Part shown: one piece after another, positions 37,668 to 51,426 of the stretch
Layout: each line of letters opens with the position of its first letter
How positions within the stretch are numbered: the stretch's first letter is position 1
Origin: Octopus sinensis
Taxonomy: Eukaryota
Assembly (NCBI RefSeq): GCF_006345805.1
Contig: NC_042997.1
Coordinates: 109,306,001-109,370,000, forward strand
Reading direction: 5' to 3'
DNA: 64,000 nt
Program-made: the position numbers and the translations under genes
The notes under the pieces: model-generated
Databases searched by the model: none
The model's input: the letters and a program-made list of their open reading frames with translations, nothing else
Told to the model about the DNA's origin: nothing

Positions 37668-38174
37668 ATGGGGAATGAAAGCTCGCTAGGTCTTTGCTCC
37701 AATTTTGATGCCGATGAAATAAAAAAATTGGGGAGAAAATTTCGAAAGCTAGATGTGGATAAATCTGGTTCACTGAGTATCGATGAACTTTCGTTTTTTC
37801 CAGAATCGCGAATGAATCCTTTAGTTCAAAGAGTAATCGATATATTTGACGCAGATGGAAATGGAGAAATAAATTTCAAAGAATTTATCGACGGCCTATC
37901 TCAGTTCAGTGTTAAAGGAGATAAGCAGACCAAATTGAGATTTGCATTTAATGTCTATGATATGGATAAAGACGGATTTATTTCCAATGCCGACCTTTAC
38001 AAATCGCTGAAATTAATGGTTGGCGCGAATCTGGAAGATGTACAACTTCAACAAGTTGTGGATAAAACAATCATTTATTCTGATACTGATGGCGATGGTA
38101 AAATATCATTTGAAGAATTCTGTGCTGTGGTTAGTTCTATGGACGTGCACGAGACGATGGTCGTGCCGATATAG
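37668..38174 (+). CDS. CanB: Calcineurin subunit B paralog a, 168 aa, single-exon
   Basis: MGNESS (MGxxxS myristoylation), [46 protein letters not shown], four EF-hands, [11 protein letters not shown]...MVV. Confidence 0.95.
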   Translation: MGNESSLGLCSNFDADEIKKLGRKFRKLDVDKSGSLSIDELSFFPESRMNPLVQRVIDIFDADGNGEINFKEFIDGLSQFSVKGDKQTKLRFAFNVYDMDKDGFISNADLYKSLKLMVGANLEDVQLQQVVDKTIIYSDTDGDGKISFEEFCAVVSSMDVHETMVVPI

Positions 38175-38509
38175 TAAGGTTGTTCTGGAATATGAAAACT
38201 ATTAACTTGTACTTTCCATGAAAACACTATTGGCTCATTGTTATGTATATAAATATACATTTAACTATCCATAGATTTTGAATGTATATTCACACTGTCT
38301 CTGCGTCCAGCTCTTTCTTTGTCTATAATCATCGGTTACACTATCTCGACACGTTGCACTTACTCATTACGTTCACCTTTTCTGCTCTTCTACCCTATTC
38401 TCTCTCATATTCACAGGTAATTCACGCCTCTTTCTCTCTCTCTCTCACTCACTCACTCACTCACTCAATCTCTTTCTCACAGTCCTCACCTACGGACGGA
38501 CACACACAC

Positions 38510-38579
<70 letters not shown>

Positions 38580-38789
38580 GCATGCATACACTCCGACTAT
38601 CACACACCTACACCATTCCTCTTGATACCTGCCACCAGGTGTACAGCCCCCCTGAGAAACACGTCTGCACTCTTCACCTCCAGCTTCCTTCCTCCCTCCC
38701 TCGTACATTTTTCTCCTCAAAGGCTTTCTCTTTCCACTGCATCCATACTACATCAATGACTTCCTTTCTTTTTTCTCTTTTATTTGTTT

Positions 38790-39170
38790 CCATCATAAGA
38801 CCGAGGCCATACTGGAGCACCGTCTTCAAGAATGTTAGTCGAACGAATCGACCCCAGGATTATTTTTAGACCTGGCACTTATTCTGTCGGTCGCTTTGCT
38901 AAACTGCCTAGTTATGGGGACGCAAACGCACCAACACCGATTGCCAAAATGACATACATACACACATACATACGTACATACATATAGATATACAGTCATA
39001 CACAGACATACGCGCGCGCGTACACACACACATTATATATACACATGACATTTGATTAAGACACTTGACCAAGGCACTTGACCACGGCTCTTCCCCAAGG
39101 TGGGCCTGAACCCGGAACCATGTGGTTGGGAAGCAAACATCTAACCACACAGCCACACATGCGCCTATAC
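38790..39170 (-). mobile_element. tRNA-derived SINE, family 2, part of the CnB duplication unit
   Basis: Matches 46110-46680 in position and diagnostic sequence (ggttgggaagcaaacatctaaccacacagccacac). Confidence 0.8.
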
Positions 39171-39336
39171 TTATTTCATATTCTAAGTTGAGCAATTATT
39201 TCTCTTTCCTTCATTATTTCATTTCAGATATTTTCTTTTCCAAAAGCATTCCAATTTCTCTCGGATTCTCTCATTCTAACTCTTTCCTTTTCCTTTCTTT
39301 TTAAATGTTTCCTGTGTTTTGTTTTACATTATCTTG

Positions 39337-39428
<92 letters not shown>

Positions 39429-39454
39429 GCTATCTATCTATCTATCTATCTATC

Positions 39455-42435
39455 TTAGCCATAGATATAAATAGAGTAGAGGGTGAGCTAGTTAAGAAGC
39501 TAGAAGAGGCAATTAGAAGCGGCATCGCATCCGACGTTTTGGCGGCGAGGTTGGCCCTCGACCAACACTTCAACGCCAAACACGAAGGGTGTGCTGTCAG
39601 AGCTAGGATGCGTGCTCTAAGGAACGAAGGTGTTGGAGCCGCGAGAGAGGCCCGGGTGGTAGAGGCGCAACAGGGCAACAAAGCCACCATTCGGTCTCTG
39701 GTAGATGGACAGGGGCGCGAATGCTCGAGCCAAGTAAAATGTGTGAGGCCTTTCAACAGCATTTTGCCCGACTGTTCGGGACGAGTGGCGGTCAAGAACG
39801 TAGGGTGGACTTCAGTGCCTACCTGCACAGCCTACCACGACTCTCGACAAGAGAGGCAGGGTGCTGCGAACGTGCCATCACGGCAGCGGAAGTGCAAGAC
39901 GCGATGGCAGAATGCTCGAGGGACAAATCACCGGGTTTGGATGGTCAGCACTACGAGCTTTACAATTGTATGCCAGACTTGTTTGGAGATGTCTTGGCAG
40001 CGGTATACTGCAACTGGCAGCAAAACGGGAGCATTCCTGGTTTTGTGAGCCGAGGAGCCGTAACACTGCTGAAGAAAGATCTAAACAAGGGAAATGTAAT
40101 AGATAAGTTTAGGCCCATCACTCTGCTTAATGCAGACTTGAAAATTTTGGCCATGGTGCTAGCCAAGAGGTTGGCGCTTGTCATCGAGAAACTGGTCGAC
40201 AAGGCGCAAACATGCGCCGTGCCGGGCCGGACCATCCATGACAACCTCCACCTGATGCGCTACATCATAGACAGGGTAGTTAACGAACCTGGCATGGGTG
40301 GGGCGCTGATCAATTTGGATCAATCGAAAGCCTTCGATAGGGTGGACCATCGATACTTGGAGGCAGTCCTCAGAGCGGCTGGCTTCGGTTCCGTCTTCCG
40401 CGGCTGGATAGGCGCTTTGTACAGAGGCATCTGTTCGGTAATTTGCGTAAATGGACATCTATCGAGACATTTCGACATCGCACGTTCGGTCCGTCAGGGA
40501 TGCCCCCTCTCGTCACTTCTATACGTATTGACTCTCGAGCCATTATTGCGGAAGCTGGCAACTTTGAGGGGCATCCCGCGAGAACTGGGATGCGGGATGA
40601 GCGTGTCTGCATACGCGGACGACGTCACCGTCATAGTGTCTGGTCACGAGCACATCGAGCAGGTCGGCGAGACACTGAAAAACTACGAAGAGGTGACAGG
40701 AGTGAAAATCAACCGGGAAATGTCAGTGGGCTTGCGACTAGGCACCTGGAGAAGCAAGCCCATGCCGTCCACCAGCGCCTCCGTCGTGGGACGCTGGACC
40801 GACGGCCCGGTCGAGTTGCTGGGGTCTGGTTCGGTCCGGACCTCCAAGTGGAGAAGAACTGGAACGAGACAACGGGTAGGGTGGTCACTCTCGCCCGGCA
40901 ATGGGCCGAGAGGAAACTGTCCCTAAAAGGTCGGGCGGAGGTGGCGAACACGTACATCGCGTCCGTCATCTACAACCGCCTGACCGTCGTGCCTTTTCCC
41001 GACCCTACCATCACCAAACTAGAACGCATTCTCTTTCGCTTCTTGTGGAAAGGATGCGTCCCGATGGTCAGGCGATCCATTTGCTGTCAACATCCGTTAA
41101 AAGGAGGACTGGGCATGCCATGGTTGATGATGCGCAGACACCCGCTGAGACTGCGACATCTCAGGCTCTTCGTAGACGACGGTGAACAGGTGTGGTCGCC
41201 GTTTGTGAGGCACGCTTTCCCGCAGCCCGTCTCCATGACCGAACTGCAGTCGTGGATCAAAAAGAGGCCGAGGAAGGGCGATTGGCACCGCGAGTGTCGC
41301 GTTGCTCTCAAGCAACTCTGCCGTCCTGGGTCGACCTTGAGTGACTTCAACACAACTAAAGCATTCTATAGGGGATTAGTGGAGGGGAGGTACGATGACG
41401 AGCTCAGGGCGAACCTGGACGTCGACGAGGAGTACCTGACCCGCCTCTTCGGGACGACTTTCGGGCCAGGGCCCATGGACAACTTCCAGAGATCCCTGGC
41501 CAGGCAGTGCTACCGAGAAGCGCTACTCGTTCGGGATAAGCTCTACCGACACGGCTCGAGAAACACGGGGCCGACCTGCCCGAGATGCGGGCAGAGCGAC
41601 GAAACCGTTCTGCACGCACTCGTGCAATGTCCAACAATTTCCGACCTGTGGGCTTATGTCGAACAACTGCTGTCACGTGTGGGCCGAATCGGTTTATCAG
41701 CTGAGTCTATCGTCAATATTGTCACGCCTCCTTCCTTCAAACGGGAGGGAAGAATGTATCTGGTGTATCTGGTGGATACAGAATGTATCTGGCGAAAGAA
41801 TGTATCTGGTGGACGCGCCTGAAAGGATTGGAGACAAACACTTTCCTCTCTGGTCAATCTCTCATCAACTTCTTCAAGTACCACTTGAAAAGGAAAGTGA
41901 GAGTAGAGAGGCAAGTTTTGTCTAGCGAATGTTTTAAAAAAAGATGGGTGAATGTAGCAAGGATGGCACGTATGAATGACGAAGCCACCTTGAGTATAAT
42001 CCTATGAACCTAGAAATTGAAAACAGAGGGTTACCCACTTGCAAACAAATGTGGTAACATACAACAATATTGACCGAGGTTACCGTGGTCTTTTTCGTAG
42101 GCTTTTCTTCCCACGGATAAACCTTACTTGCTTTCCCCTTTACACCATACATCATAACACTGTAATACACGATCCCTATTGATCGTTTTTTTTCCTCTTT
42201 CTCTTTTTCCCCCCTTTTTTCTTCTTTTTTTTCATTTCTCTTTCCTTTTGTTCCTTTTCCTTTTTTTTTAATTTTTTGTTCGTTTTTTCTTTTTTACGAT
42301 CCCTTTTGATCGAAAACCTACGCCAACTTTTTTTGTTTCTTTCGTTCTTTTGGTTTTTTCATTCCCCCAAAAGAAAAGCTCTACCTTGTAACTTGTCCCA
42401 TCTGTGTGCAGCCCTGTGTGGCCAATAAAGAAACA
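39455..42435 (+). mobile_element. Tx1/L1-like LINE copy A, 5'-truncated (RT, C-terminal Cys motif, 3' UTR), inserted in (TATC)n
   Basis: KSPGLDG, FRPITLLNADLKIL, LDQSKAFDRVDH, SVRQGCPLS, AYADDV, CPRCGQSDETVLHALVQC. Ends AATAAAGAAACA|TATCT. Confidence 0.95.
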
Positions 42436-42550
42436 TATCTATCTGTCTGTCTGTCTGACTGTCTATCTGTCTGTTTTATTAATCTATCAATTTCTCTCTT
42501 TCTCTCTCTCTCTCTTGCATTCTCTCTCTTCCACTCTATCTATCTATCTA

Positions 42551-42610
<60 letters not shown>

Positions 42611-42613
42611 TTG

Positions 42614-42689
<76 letters not shown>

Positions 42690-43169
42690 CCTATCTTCTG
42701 TCTCTCTCTCTCGGTCTAGCTGCCTGTTTGTCTACCTGTAAATTCGTCTATCTGTCTAATGACAACTCGATTTGTTGAGCTTATGACTCCGTAACGTTGC
42801 AGTTTGGCAAAACTCATTCGATAGAATATCTACCAGGCTGCAAAGAAAATAACACCTTGGGTCGGTTTTTTCGACTAAATTTCTTCAAAGTAGTGTCCTA
42901 GCATGGTCGCAGATAAATTCGTTTCAAATACCGATAAACAGCTCGCTGCATTAACTAGACGAAATAGCCGTTGCATTGAGACTGGCGGACATCTATGAAA
43001 TTTAGAAACATGGGCGATAGATGCCTCTTGAAACAACATCATAAACTATATCGAAAACAAAAATGGAAACACCAACAAAATATTTAAATAAAAACTATAC
43101 TGTGATAACAGTCAGCGAACATAGGAATAGAAAAACAATGAAATGCAAATTGGAATTACCAAATATCGT

Positions 43170-44095
43170 ACTCAGAATTTGGCAAGGATGCATGGACGTG
43201 TAGATAATAAGGTCTGTTCAAAACTATGTGCATTCGAGTTCGATTCCGGAACATTCATCTCTAACTACTTGTACAAATATCTTCTTTTGAGCAGCGTGAC
43301 CTTGCCTCTCTCCGTTTTGCATCGCAGCCAAACAGCGGCGCATAAGTTGGTTGCCTTCTACATCTATCTACCTGTACTCTTCCCGATGACGATTACATCT
43401 ATAGCGGGTAGGTCTAACGCCTCGGTCTCCGAGTGAGCAGGGTGGTAGCAGACGAATTCGGCTCGCATAGTTTATCCTCCATTCTTAGAACCGCAGAGTC
43501 ACCCGTTTCGCCGCCCCGAATGACTTCATCAGAAGGGACTTGGCACAGCTGGCTCCCATCTCAGCTTGAGATTGCAGGTCTCGACTGCGAGGACGGTAAG
43601 CACCTCAGCGTGATAACCCTCTTCCCATTCGAGGGAGGCAAATCCCTAGTCTAGGACTCGACGTACAGTGAAATGTTCTCTGGTTCTAATCTTGCGTCAT
43701 CTGCCGCAAACCCCAGTGTTGCCGCCCGTGACTTGAAAGAGCCAAAAATCAGTAAGTACAGAAGCCTAGCCGGCCATTACCAGTTTGAACCGGTTGCCGT
43801 CTAGATGTCCGATGCCCTAGGTCTCCGTACTACCGATATCTTCCTCAAAATAGGGATAGTAGCGGTCCCTTAAATAAGAAATTCACCACGGCGAAATGAA
43901 ATGGTTACTGTAGCGAGTTTCACTGGTCATTCTCCGCGGCAACACTGACGCGGTCATGCCCGTGAGGCGCAGATGCGCGCTCCACTTCTTCTTGCATGAG
44001 TGGTAACTCGTCCCTCCCACTCCAACTTCCGATCTTTCTCTAGTTTTTCTCTTTACGATTTTTCTTTCTCTTTAAGTCGGGAATTGAAATAAAAC
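43170..44095 (+). mobile_element. CRE-clade-like retrotransposon 3' portion, copy B
   Basis: ASLRFASQPNSGA...RLGLRV, then GLDCEDGKHLSVITLFPFEGGKSLV. 43596-43800 is near-identical to 36874-37085. Confidence 0.75.
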
Positions 44096-44244
44096 TTAAT
44101 ATCTTCCTGTCTGTCTGTGCGTCTGTTTGCCTTCCTGTCTGCAAGTCTGTCTCTTTCGCTTTCTCCCTTTCTTCCATACTCACTTTCTCTCTATCGCTTT
44201 CTCTCTCACTCCACCTATATATATATTGTGTGTCTGTGTTTGAG

Positions 44245-44292
<48 letters not shown>

Positions 44293-44311
44293 GCTATCTC
44301 TCTCTCTCTCT

Positions 44312-44353
<42 letters not shown>

Positions 44354-44585
44354 TATGTATACAAACACACAGCGCGCTGCCCGTAGCAGCGTCAAGTGTC
44401 GCCGTCTCCGCGTCTATCGTTTCTCTGTTGCTATAGTTCACAGTATTCTACTAAAAGGTTGAGATTAAATCGTTTGGGAACGCAGCAGGTTTGGAAAAAT
44501 AAAATTGGAGAAAACAAGACGAACACGATAAATAACAAACTTCAGGTTCTTCACCCACAACAGCTTCAAGCATTTTCCTTCGAAG

Positions 44586-45095
44586 ATGGGGAATGCAAGC
44601 TCATTAGACTTTTGCTCCAATTTTGATGCCGACGAAATCAAAAGATTGGGAAAAAGATTTCGGAAGTTGGATGTGGATAAATCTGGTTCACTGAGTCTCG
44701 ATGAACTTTCGTTTTTTCCACAGTCGCGAAAGAATCCTTTAGTTCAAAGAGTAATCGATATATTTGACACAGATGGAAATGGAGAAATAAATTTCAAAGA
44801 ATTTATTGACGGCCTTTCTCAGTTCAGTGTTAAAGGAAATAATGAGGCGAAATTGAGGTTTGCATTTAGTATCTACGATATTGATAAAGACGGATTTATT
44901 TCCAATGGCGATCTTTTCCAAACGCTGAAATTAATGGTTGGCCCGAATCTGGAAGATGTACAACTTCAACAAATTGTGGATAGAACAATCATTTATGCAG
45001 ATACCGACGGGGATGGTAAAATATCATTCGAAGAATTCTGTGCTGTGGTTAGTACTATGGGCGTGCACGAGGCGATGGTCGTGAATGTAGTGTAA
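44586..45095 (+). CDS. CanB: Calcineurin subunit B paralog b, 169 aa, single-exon
   Basis: [44 protein letters not shown], four EF-hands, [11 protein letters not shown]. Confidence 0.95.
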   Translation: MGNASSLDFCSNFDADEIKRLGKRFRKLDVDKSGSLSLDELSFFPQSRKNPLVQRVIDIFDTDGNGEINFKEFIDGLSQFSVKGNNEAKLRFAFSIYDIDKDGFISNGDLFQTLKLMVGPNLEDVQLQQIVDRTIIYADTDGDGKISFEEFCAVVSTMGVHEAMVVNVV

Positions 45096-45404
45096 GAATG
45101 TTCTGGAATATGAAAACTATTGTACTTGCCATGAAAACACTGATGGCTCATTGTTATGTATATAAATATGCATTTAATTATCCATAGAGTTTGAATGTAT
45201 ATTCACACTGTCTCTGGGCCCAGCTCTTTCTTTGTCTTGCTCTTCTATCCTATTCTCTTTCATATTCACAGAGAATTCACTCCTCTTTCTCTCTCTCTCT
45301 CTCCGCCCTCCCTCACTTACTCAATCCTCTCTCTCTCTCTTTCTCTCCCTCTCTGTCCCCACGGAAGCACATATACTTACATACATACATACATATATAT
45401 ATAT

Positions 45405-45446
<42 letters not shown>

Positions 45447-46109
45447 TTCAGATGAATATGCTACTTAAGTTAAAGGCACCAAAATTTTGCATGGTATTAA
45501 CCATATAAATCAAAATAAGCAGCAAGTATATAAAATGAAGTAGCATGAAACAATTGTACTACTCTACCTTGGATATATTTGTTTCTTATTTTGACTATAT
45601 ATACATATATACATACATACACACACACAAACACGTCTGCACTCCTCACCTCGAATTTCCTTCCTTTCTCCCTCACATACAGTGGTGAGGGGACTCGGAA
45701 CCCTTCCGATGTGTATATTCCAAATCCCCTTCACACTCCGTTCACCAGCGCGCATGTTTTGTTTTTCTTCGTATTCGTTTACTAATTGTTGTTTTACAGC
45801 CTCTTAAACTATTTTGTTTCGAGTTTTGTGAACGGGGTGTTCCCGTTGACTTTTCGGATCCTGTGAGTTTGATCGTGTGAATTTACCGTGTCGACTCCAC
45901 CCCACCCCCCACACACACACCCGCCGCTACCCCCGTTCGGCAGGGCGCTTTATTGGGGGGGGGGATATTCGTTTAATACATGTTGTTTTACAACTATTAT
46001 ACAATTCTATTTTCATTTTGTGGCTGGGGTCAAAAGCTGGACGTTAACTCCCCCGCCGCCATACTATCTCCATGCTTTTCTCTCTTTTTTTTTCTCTTTT
46101 ACTTGTTTC

Positions 46110-46482
46110 CATCAGCAGACCGAGGCCATACTGGAGCACCGTCTTCAAGGATTTCAGTCGAACGAATCGACCCCAGGACTTATTTTTAGGCCTGGCACTT
46201 ACTCTTTCGGTCGCTTTGCCAAACCGCCTAGTTACGGGGACGTAAACACACGAACACCGATTGTCATGCATTGATGGGGGACAACATATACACAAAATGA
46301 CATACATACATACATGTACACATTCACAGACACACACACAGAGACATACACACACATATATACATATCCACACACACATACGCACCACACGCACGCCACG
46401 CACACAGACACACACACACTCACACACAACACACACAATAATATATATAATATATATATATACAACACCACACACCACATAT

Positions 46483-46541
<59 letters not shown>

Positions 46542-46680
46542 TGTATATATATATATATACACACACACACATGACATTTGATTAAGACACTTGACCAAGG
46601 CACTCCCCGAGTTGGGCCTGAACCGGAACCGTGTGGTTGGGAAGCAAACATCTAACCACACAGCCACACACGCGCCTATA
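46110..46680 (-). mobile_element. tRNA-derived SINE, family 2, with expanded internal microsatellite
   Basis: Paralog of 38790-39170. Confidence 0.8.
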
Positions 46681-46845
46681 CTTATTTCATATTCTAATTT
46701 GAGCAATTATTTCTCTTTCCTTCATTATTTCATTTCAGATATTTTCTTTTCCAAAACAATTCCAACTTCTCTCGGATTCTCTCATTCTATCTCTTTCCTT
46801 TTACTTTCTTTTTAAATGTTTCTTGTGTTTTGCTTTACATTGTCT

Positions 46846-46892
<47 letters not shown>

Positions 46893-46910
46893 TATATCTA
46901 TCTATCTATC

Positions 46911-46941
<31 letters not shown>

Positions 46942-46947
46942 CTATCT

Positions 46948-48896
46948 AATGGACATCTATCGAGACCTTTCGACATTGCACGTTCGGTCCGTCAGGGATG
47001 CCCCCTCTCGGCGCTTCTATACGTATTGACTCTTGAGCCACTACTGCGGAAGCTGGCGACTCTAAGGGGCATCCCGCGAGAATTGGGATGCGGGACGAGC
47101 GTGTCTGCATACGCGGACGACGTCACCGTCATAGTGTCTAGCCACGAGCACATCGAGCTGGTCGGCGAGACGCGACGAGACACTGAAAAACTACGAAGCG
47201 GTGACAGGAGCGAAAATCAACCGGGAAAGTCAGTGGGCTTGCGACTAGGCACCTGGAGAAGCAAGCCCATGCCGTCCACCAGCGCCTCCGTCGTGGGACG
47301 CTGGACGACGGCCCGGTTGAGTTGCACGGGGTCTGGTTGGTCCGGACCTCCAAGTGGAGAAGAACTGGAACGAGGATAACGAGTAGGGTGGTCACTCTCG
47401 CCCGGCAATGGGCCGAGAGGAAACTGTCCCTAAAAGGTCGAGCGGAGTGGCGAAACACGTACATCGCGTCCGTCATATCTACTACCGCCTGACCGTCGTA
47501 CCTGTCCCGACCCTACCATCACCAAACTACAACGCATCCTCTTTCGCTTCTTGTGGAAAGGATGCGTCCCGATGGTCAGGCGATCCATTTGCTGTCAAAC
47601 ACCCGTTAAAAGGAGGGCTGGGCATGCCGTGGTGATGATGCGCAGACACGCGCTGAGACTGCGACATCTCTGGCTCTATGTAGACGACGGGTGAACAGGT
47701 GTGGTCGCCGTTTGTGAGGCACGCTTTCCGCAGCTCGTCTCCATGACCGAACTGCAGTCGTGGATCAAAAAGAGGCCGAGGAAGGGCGAATGGCACCCGC
47801 GTGTCGCGTTGCTCTCAAGCAACTCTGCCGTCCTGGGTCGACCTTAAGTGACTTCAACACAACCAAAGCATTCTATAGGGGTTTAGTGGAGGGGAGGTAC
47901 GACGACGAGCTCGGGGCGAACCTGGACGTCGACGAGGAGTACCTGACCCGCCTGTTCGGGACGACTTTCGGGCCAGGGCCCATGGACAACTTCCAGAGAT
48001 CCTGGCCTGGCAGTGCTACCGAGAAGCGCTACCGTTCGGGATAAGCTACTACAACACGGCTCGAGAAACACGGGGGCCGACCTGCCCGAGATGCGGTCAG
48101 AGCGACGGAAACCGTTCTGCACGCACTCGTTCAGTGTCCAAAATTTCCGACCTGTGGGCTTATGTCGAACAACTGCTGTCACGTGTGGGACGAGTCGGTT
48201 TATCAGCTGAGTCTATCGTCAATATTGTCACGCCTCCTTCCTTCAAACGGGAGGAAGAGCTATTTTCATCATCCTTGTGGCTATGGCGAAAGAATGTATC
48301 TGGTGGACGCGTCTGAAAGGATTGGAGACAAACACTTTCTCTCTGGTCAATCTCTCATCAACTTCTTCAAGTACCACTTGAAAAGGAAAGTGAGAGTAGA
48401 GAGGCAGTTTTGTCTAGCGAATGTTTAAAAAAAGATGGGTGAATTAGCAAGAATGGCACGTATGAATGACGAAGCCACCTTGAGCATAGTCCTATGAACC
48501 CAGAAATCGAAACAGAGAGTTGCTTATTTGCAAAAAAAAAAAAAAAAAAAGAAATATAAAATGTGACTTCATTGACCGAGGTTACCGTGGTCTTTTCCGC
48601 AGGCTTTTCTTTCACGGGTGTAAACCTCACCTGTCCTCCCCTTTACACTTCATATTGACATTTCTGTGATAACGATCCCTATTGATCATTTTTTTTTCCT
48701 CCCCCACCCCTTTTTTTTTTTTTTTTTTTTTTTTTAACCCCCCTTATTTTGTCCTCTTTCTCTCCTTTTACGATCCCTTTTGATCGAACCTCCCCCTTCC
48801 TTTTTTTTTTTTTTTTTTTTAATACCTTCAAAAGAAAAGCTCTACCTTGTAATTTGTTCTATCTGTGTGCAGCCCTGTGTGGCTAATAAAGAAACA
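46948..48896 (+). mobile_element. Tx1/L1-like LINE copy B, 5'-truncated, many small indels
   Basis: Begins directly after (TATC)n at NGHLSRPFDIARSVRQGCPLS. Ends AATAAAGAAACA|TATCTATC. Confidence 0.93.
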
Positions 48897-48909
48897 TATC
48901 TATCTATCA

Positions 48910-48969
<60 letters not shown>

Positions 48970-48971
<2 letters not shown>

Positions 48972-50424
48972 GGAGAAGAACTGGGGCGAGATAACGACTA
49001 GGGTGGCTACTCTCACCCAGAAATGGACTGAGAGAAAGCTATCCCTAAAAGGTCGGGCGGAGGTGGCGAACGCGTACATCGCATCCGTCATCGAGTATCG
49101 TCTGACCGTCGTGCCTTGTCCCGACCCTACCATCACCAAACTGGAAACGCATACTCTTCCGCTTCTTGGGAGGGAAACGTTCCGATGGTTAGGCGATCCA
49201 TTTGCTGCCAACCACCCGCTAAATGGAGGGCTGGGGCATGCCGTGGTTGATGATGCGCAGACATGCGCTGAGCTGCGACATCTTCGGCGCTTCATAGACA
49301 ACGGTGAACAGGGGTGCGTCGCTTTTGTGCGGGCGCGCTTTCCCGCAGCTCGTCTCCTTGGACGAACTACAGTCATGGATCAAGCAGAGACCGAGGCTAG
49401 GCGAATGGCACCGCGAGTGTCGCGTTGCTCTCAAGCAACTCTGCCGTCCGGGATCGAACTTGTGCGACTCCATCACAACAAAGGCATTCTATAGAGGATT
49501 AGTGGAGGGAGGTGCGACGACGACTCGGGCAGAGTCTGGGCGTCGACGAGGAACACCTGACCCCGCCTGTTCAGGGACAAACTTTCGGGCCGGGACCTAT
49601 GAACAATCACCAAAGATCCCTGGCCTGGCAGTGCTATCGAGAAGCATTACCTGTTCGGGATAAGCTCTACAGACACGGTTCCAGACACACTGGACCGACT
49701 TGCCCGAGATGCGGTCAGAGCGACGAAACCGTTCTGCACGCACTCGTGCAATGTCCAACCATTTCCGACCTGTGGGCTTATGCCGAACGGCTGCTGCTGT
49801 TGTGGGACGAAATCCGCCTATCGGCCGAGTCTATCGTCAATTGCTCCGCCCCCCTTCCCTCAACCGGGGAGGCAAGGCAGTTTTCATCGTACTGGTGGCC
49901 ATGGTGAAAGAATGTGTGTGGTGGACTCGAGCGAAAGGATTAGAGACAAACACTTACCTCTCTGGCCAATCGCTCATCAACTTTTTCAAGTACCACTTGA
50001 AAAGGAAGGTGAGAATGGAGAGGGAAGTTTTGTCTCGCGAAAGATTCAAAAAAAGATGGGTGTGAATGTTGCAAAGATGGTGCGTGCTAGTAACGAACCA
50101 TTTTGAGCATGATCCTGTCGATCGTAAAAAAGAAGGAAAGAGAGCATTTTTGACCTCATGTGTTTATTTCCTCCCTGACTTGGGTTCCCGTGGTCTTTTC
50201 TGTAGGCTTTTCTTCCCCGGATGAACCCAATCTTGTTATATCAATGTTTACACCATTATTTCTGTGATACACGATTTTCCTTTTTTTTCCTTTTTTTTCC
50301 TCCTCTCGATCCCTTTTCATCGCAATCTTACATTTTTTATTTTTTTTCCACCCTCGAAAAGAAAAGCTCTGCATTTGTATTTGTCCCCTCTGTATTCAGC
50401 CCTGTGTGGCTAATAAAAGAAAGT
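48970..50424 (+). mobile_element. Tx1/L1-like LINE copy C (more divergent subfamily), 5'-truncated
   Basis: Begins after (TATC)n at MEKNWGEITTRV. Ends AATAAAAGAAAGT|TATCTATA. Confidence 0.9.
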
Positions 50425-50429
50425 TATCT

Positions 50430-51426
50430 ATACGACGGTGAACAGGTGTGGTCACCGTTTGTGAGGCACGCTTTCCCGCAGCTCGTCTCCATGACCGAAC
50501 TGCAGTCGTGGATCAAAAAGAGGTCGAGAAAGGGCGAATGGCACCGCGAGTGTCGCGTTGCTCTCAAGCAACTATGCCGTCCCGGGTCGACCTTGAGTGA
50601 CTTCAACACAACCAAAACATTCTATAGGGGATTAGTGGAGGGGAGGTACGACGACGACCGCGGGGCGAACCTGGACATCGACGAGGAATACCTGACCCGC
50701 CTGTTCAGAACGACTTTCAGGCCAGGGCCCATGGACAACTTCCAGGGATCCCTGGCCTGGCAGTGCTACCGAGAAGCGCTACCCGTTCGTGTTAAGCTCT
50801 ACAGACACGGCTCGAGAAACACTGGGCCGACCTGCCCGAGATACAGTCAGAGCGTTAAAACTGTTCTGCATGCACTCGTGCAGTGTCCAACAATTTCCGA
50901 CCTGTGGGCTTATGTCGAACAACTGCTGTCACGTGTGGGACGAGTCGGTTTATCAGCCGAGTCTATCGTCAATATTATCACGCCTCCTTCCTTCAAACGG
51001 GAGGGAAGAGCTATTTTCATCATCCTTGTGGCTATGGCGAAAGAATGTATCTGGTGGACGCGTCTGAAAGGATTGGAGACAAACACTTTCCTCTCTGTCA
51101 ATCTCTCATCAACTTCTTCAAGTATCACTTGAAGAGGAAAGTGAGAGTAGAGAGGTAAGTTTTGTCTAGCGAATGTTTTAAAAAAAGATGGGTGAATGTA
51201 GCAAGGATGGCACGTATGAATGACGAAGCCACCTTGAGCATAATCCTATGAACCCGGAAATTAAAAACAGAGGGTTACATACTTGCAAACAAATGTGGTA
51301 ACATGTAACAATATTGACCGAGGTTACCGTGGTCTTTTCCGTAGGCTTTTCTTCCCACGGATAATCCTTATCTGCTTCCCCCTTTACACCTTACATCATG
51401 ACACAGTGATACACGATCCCTATTGA

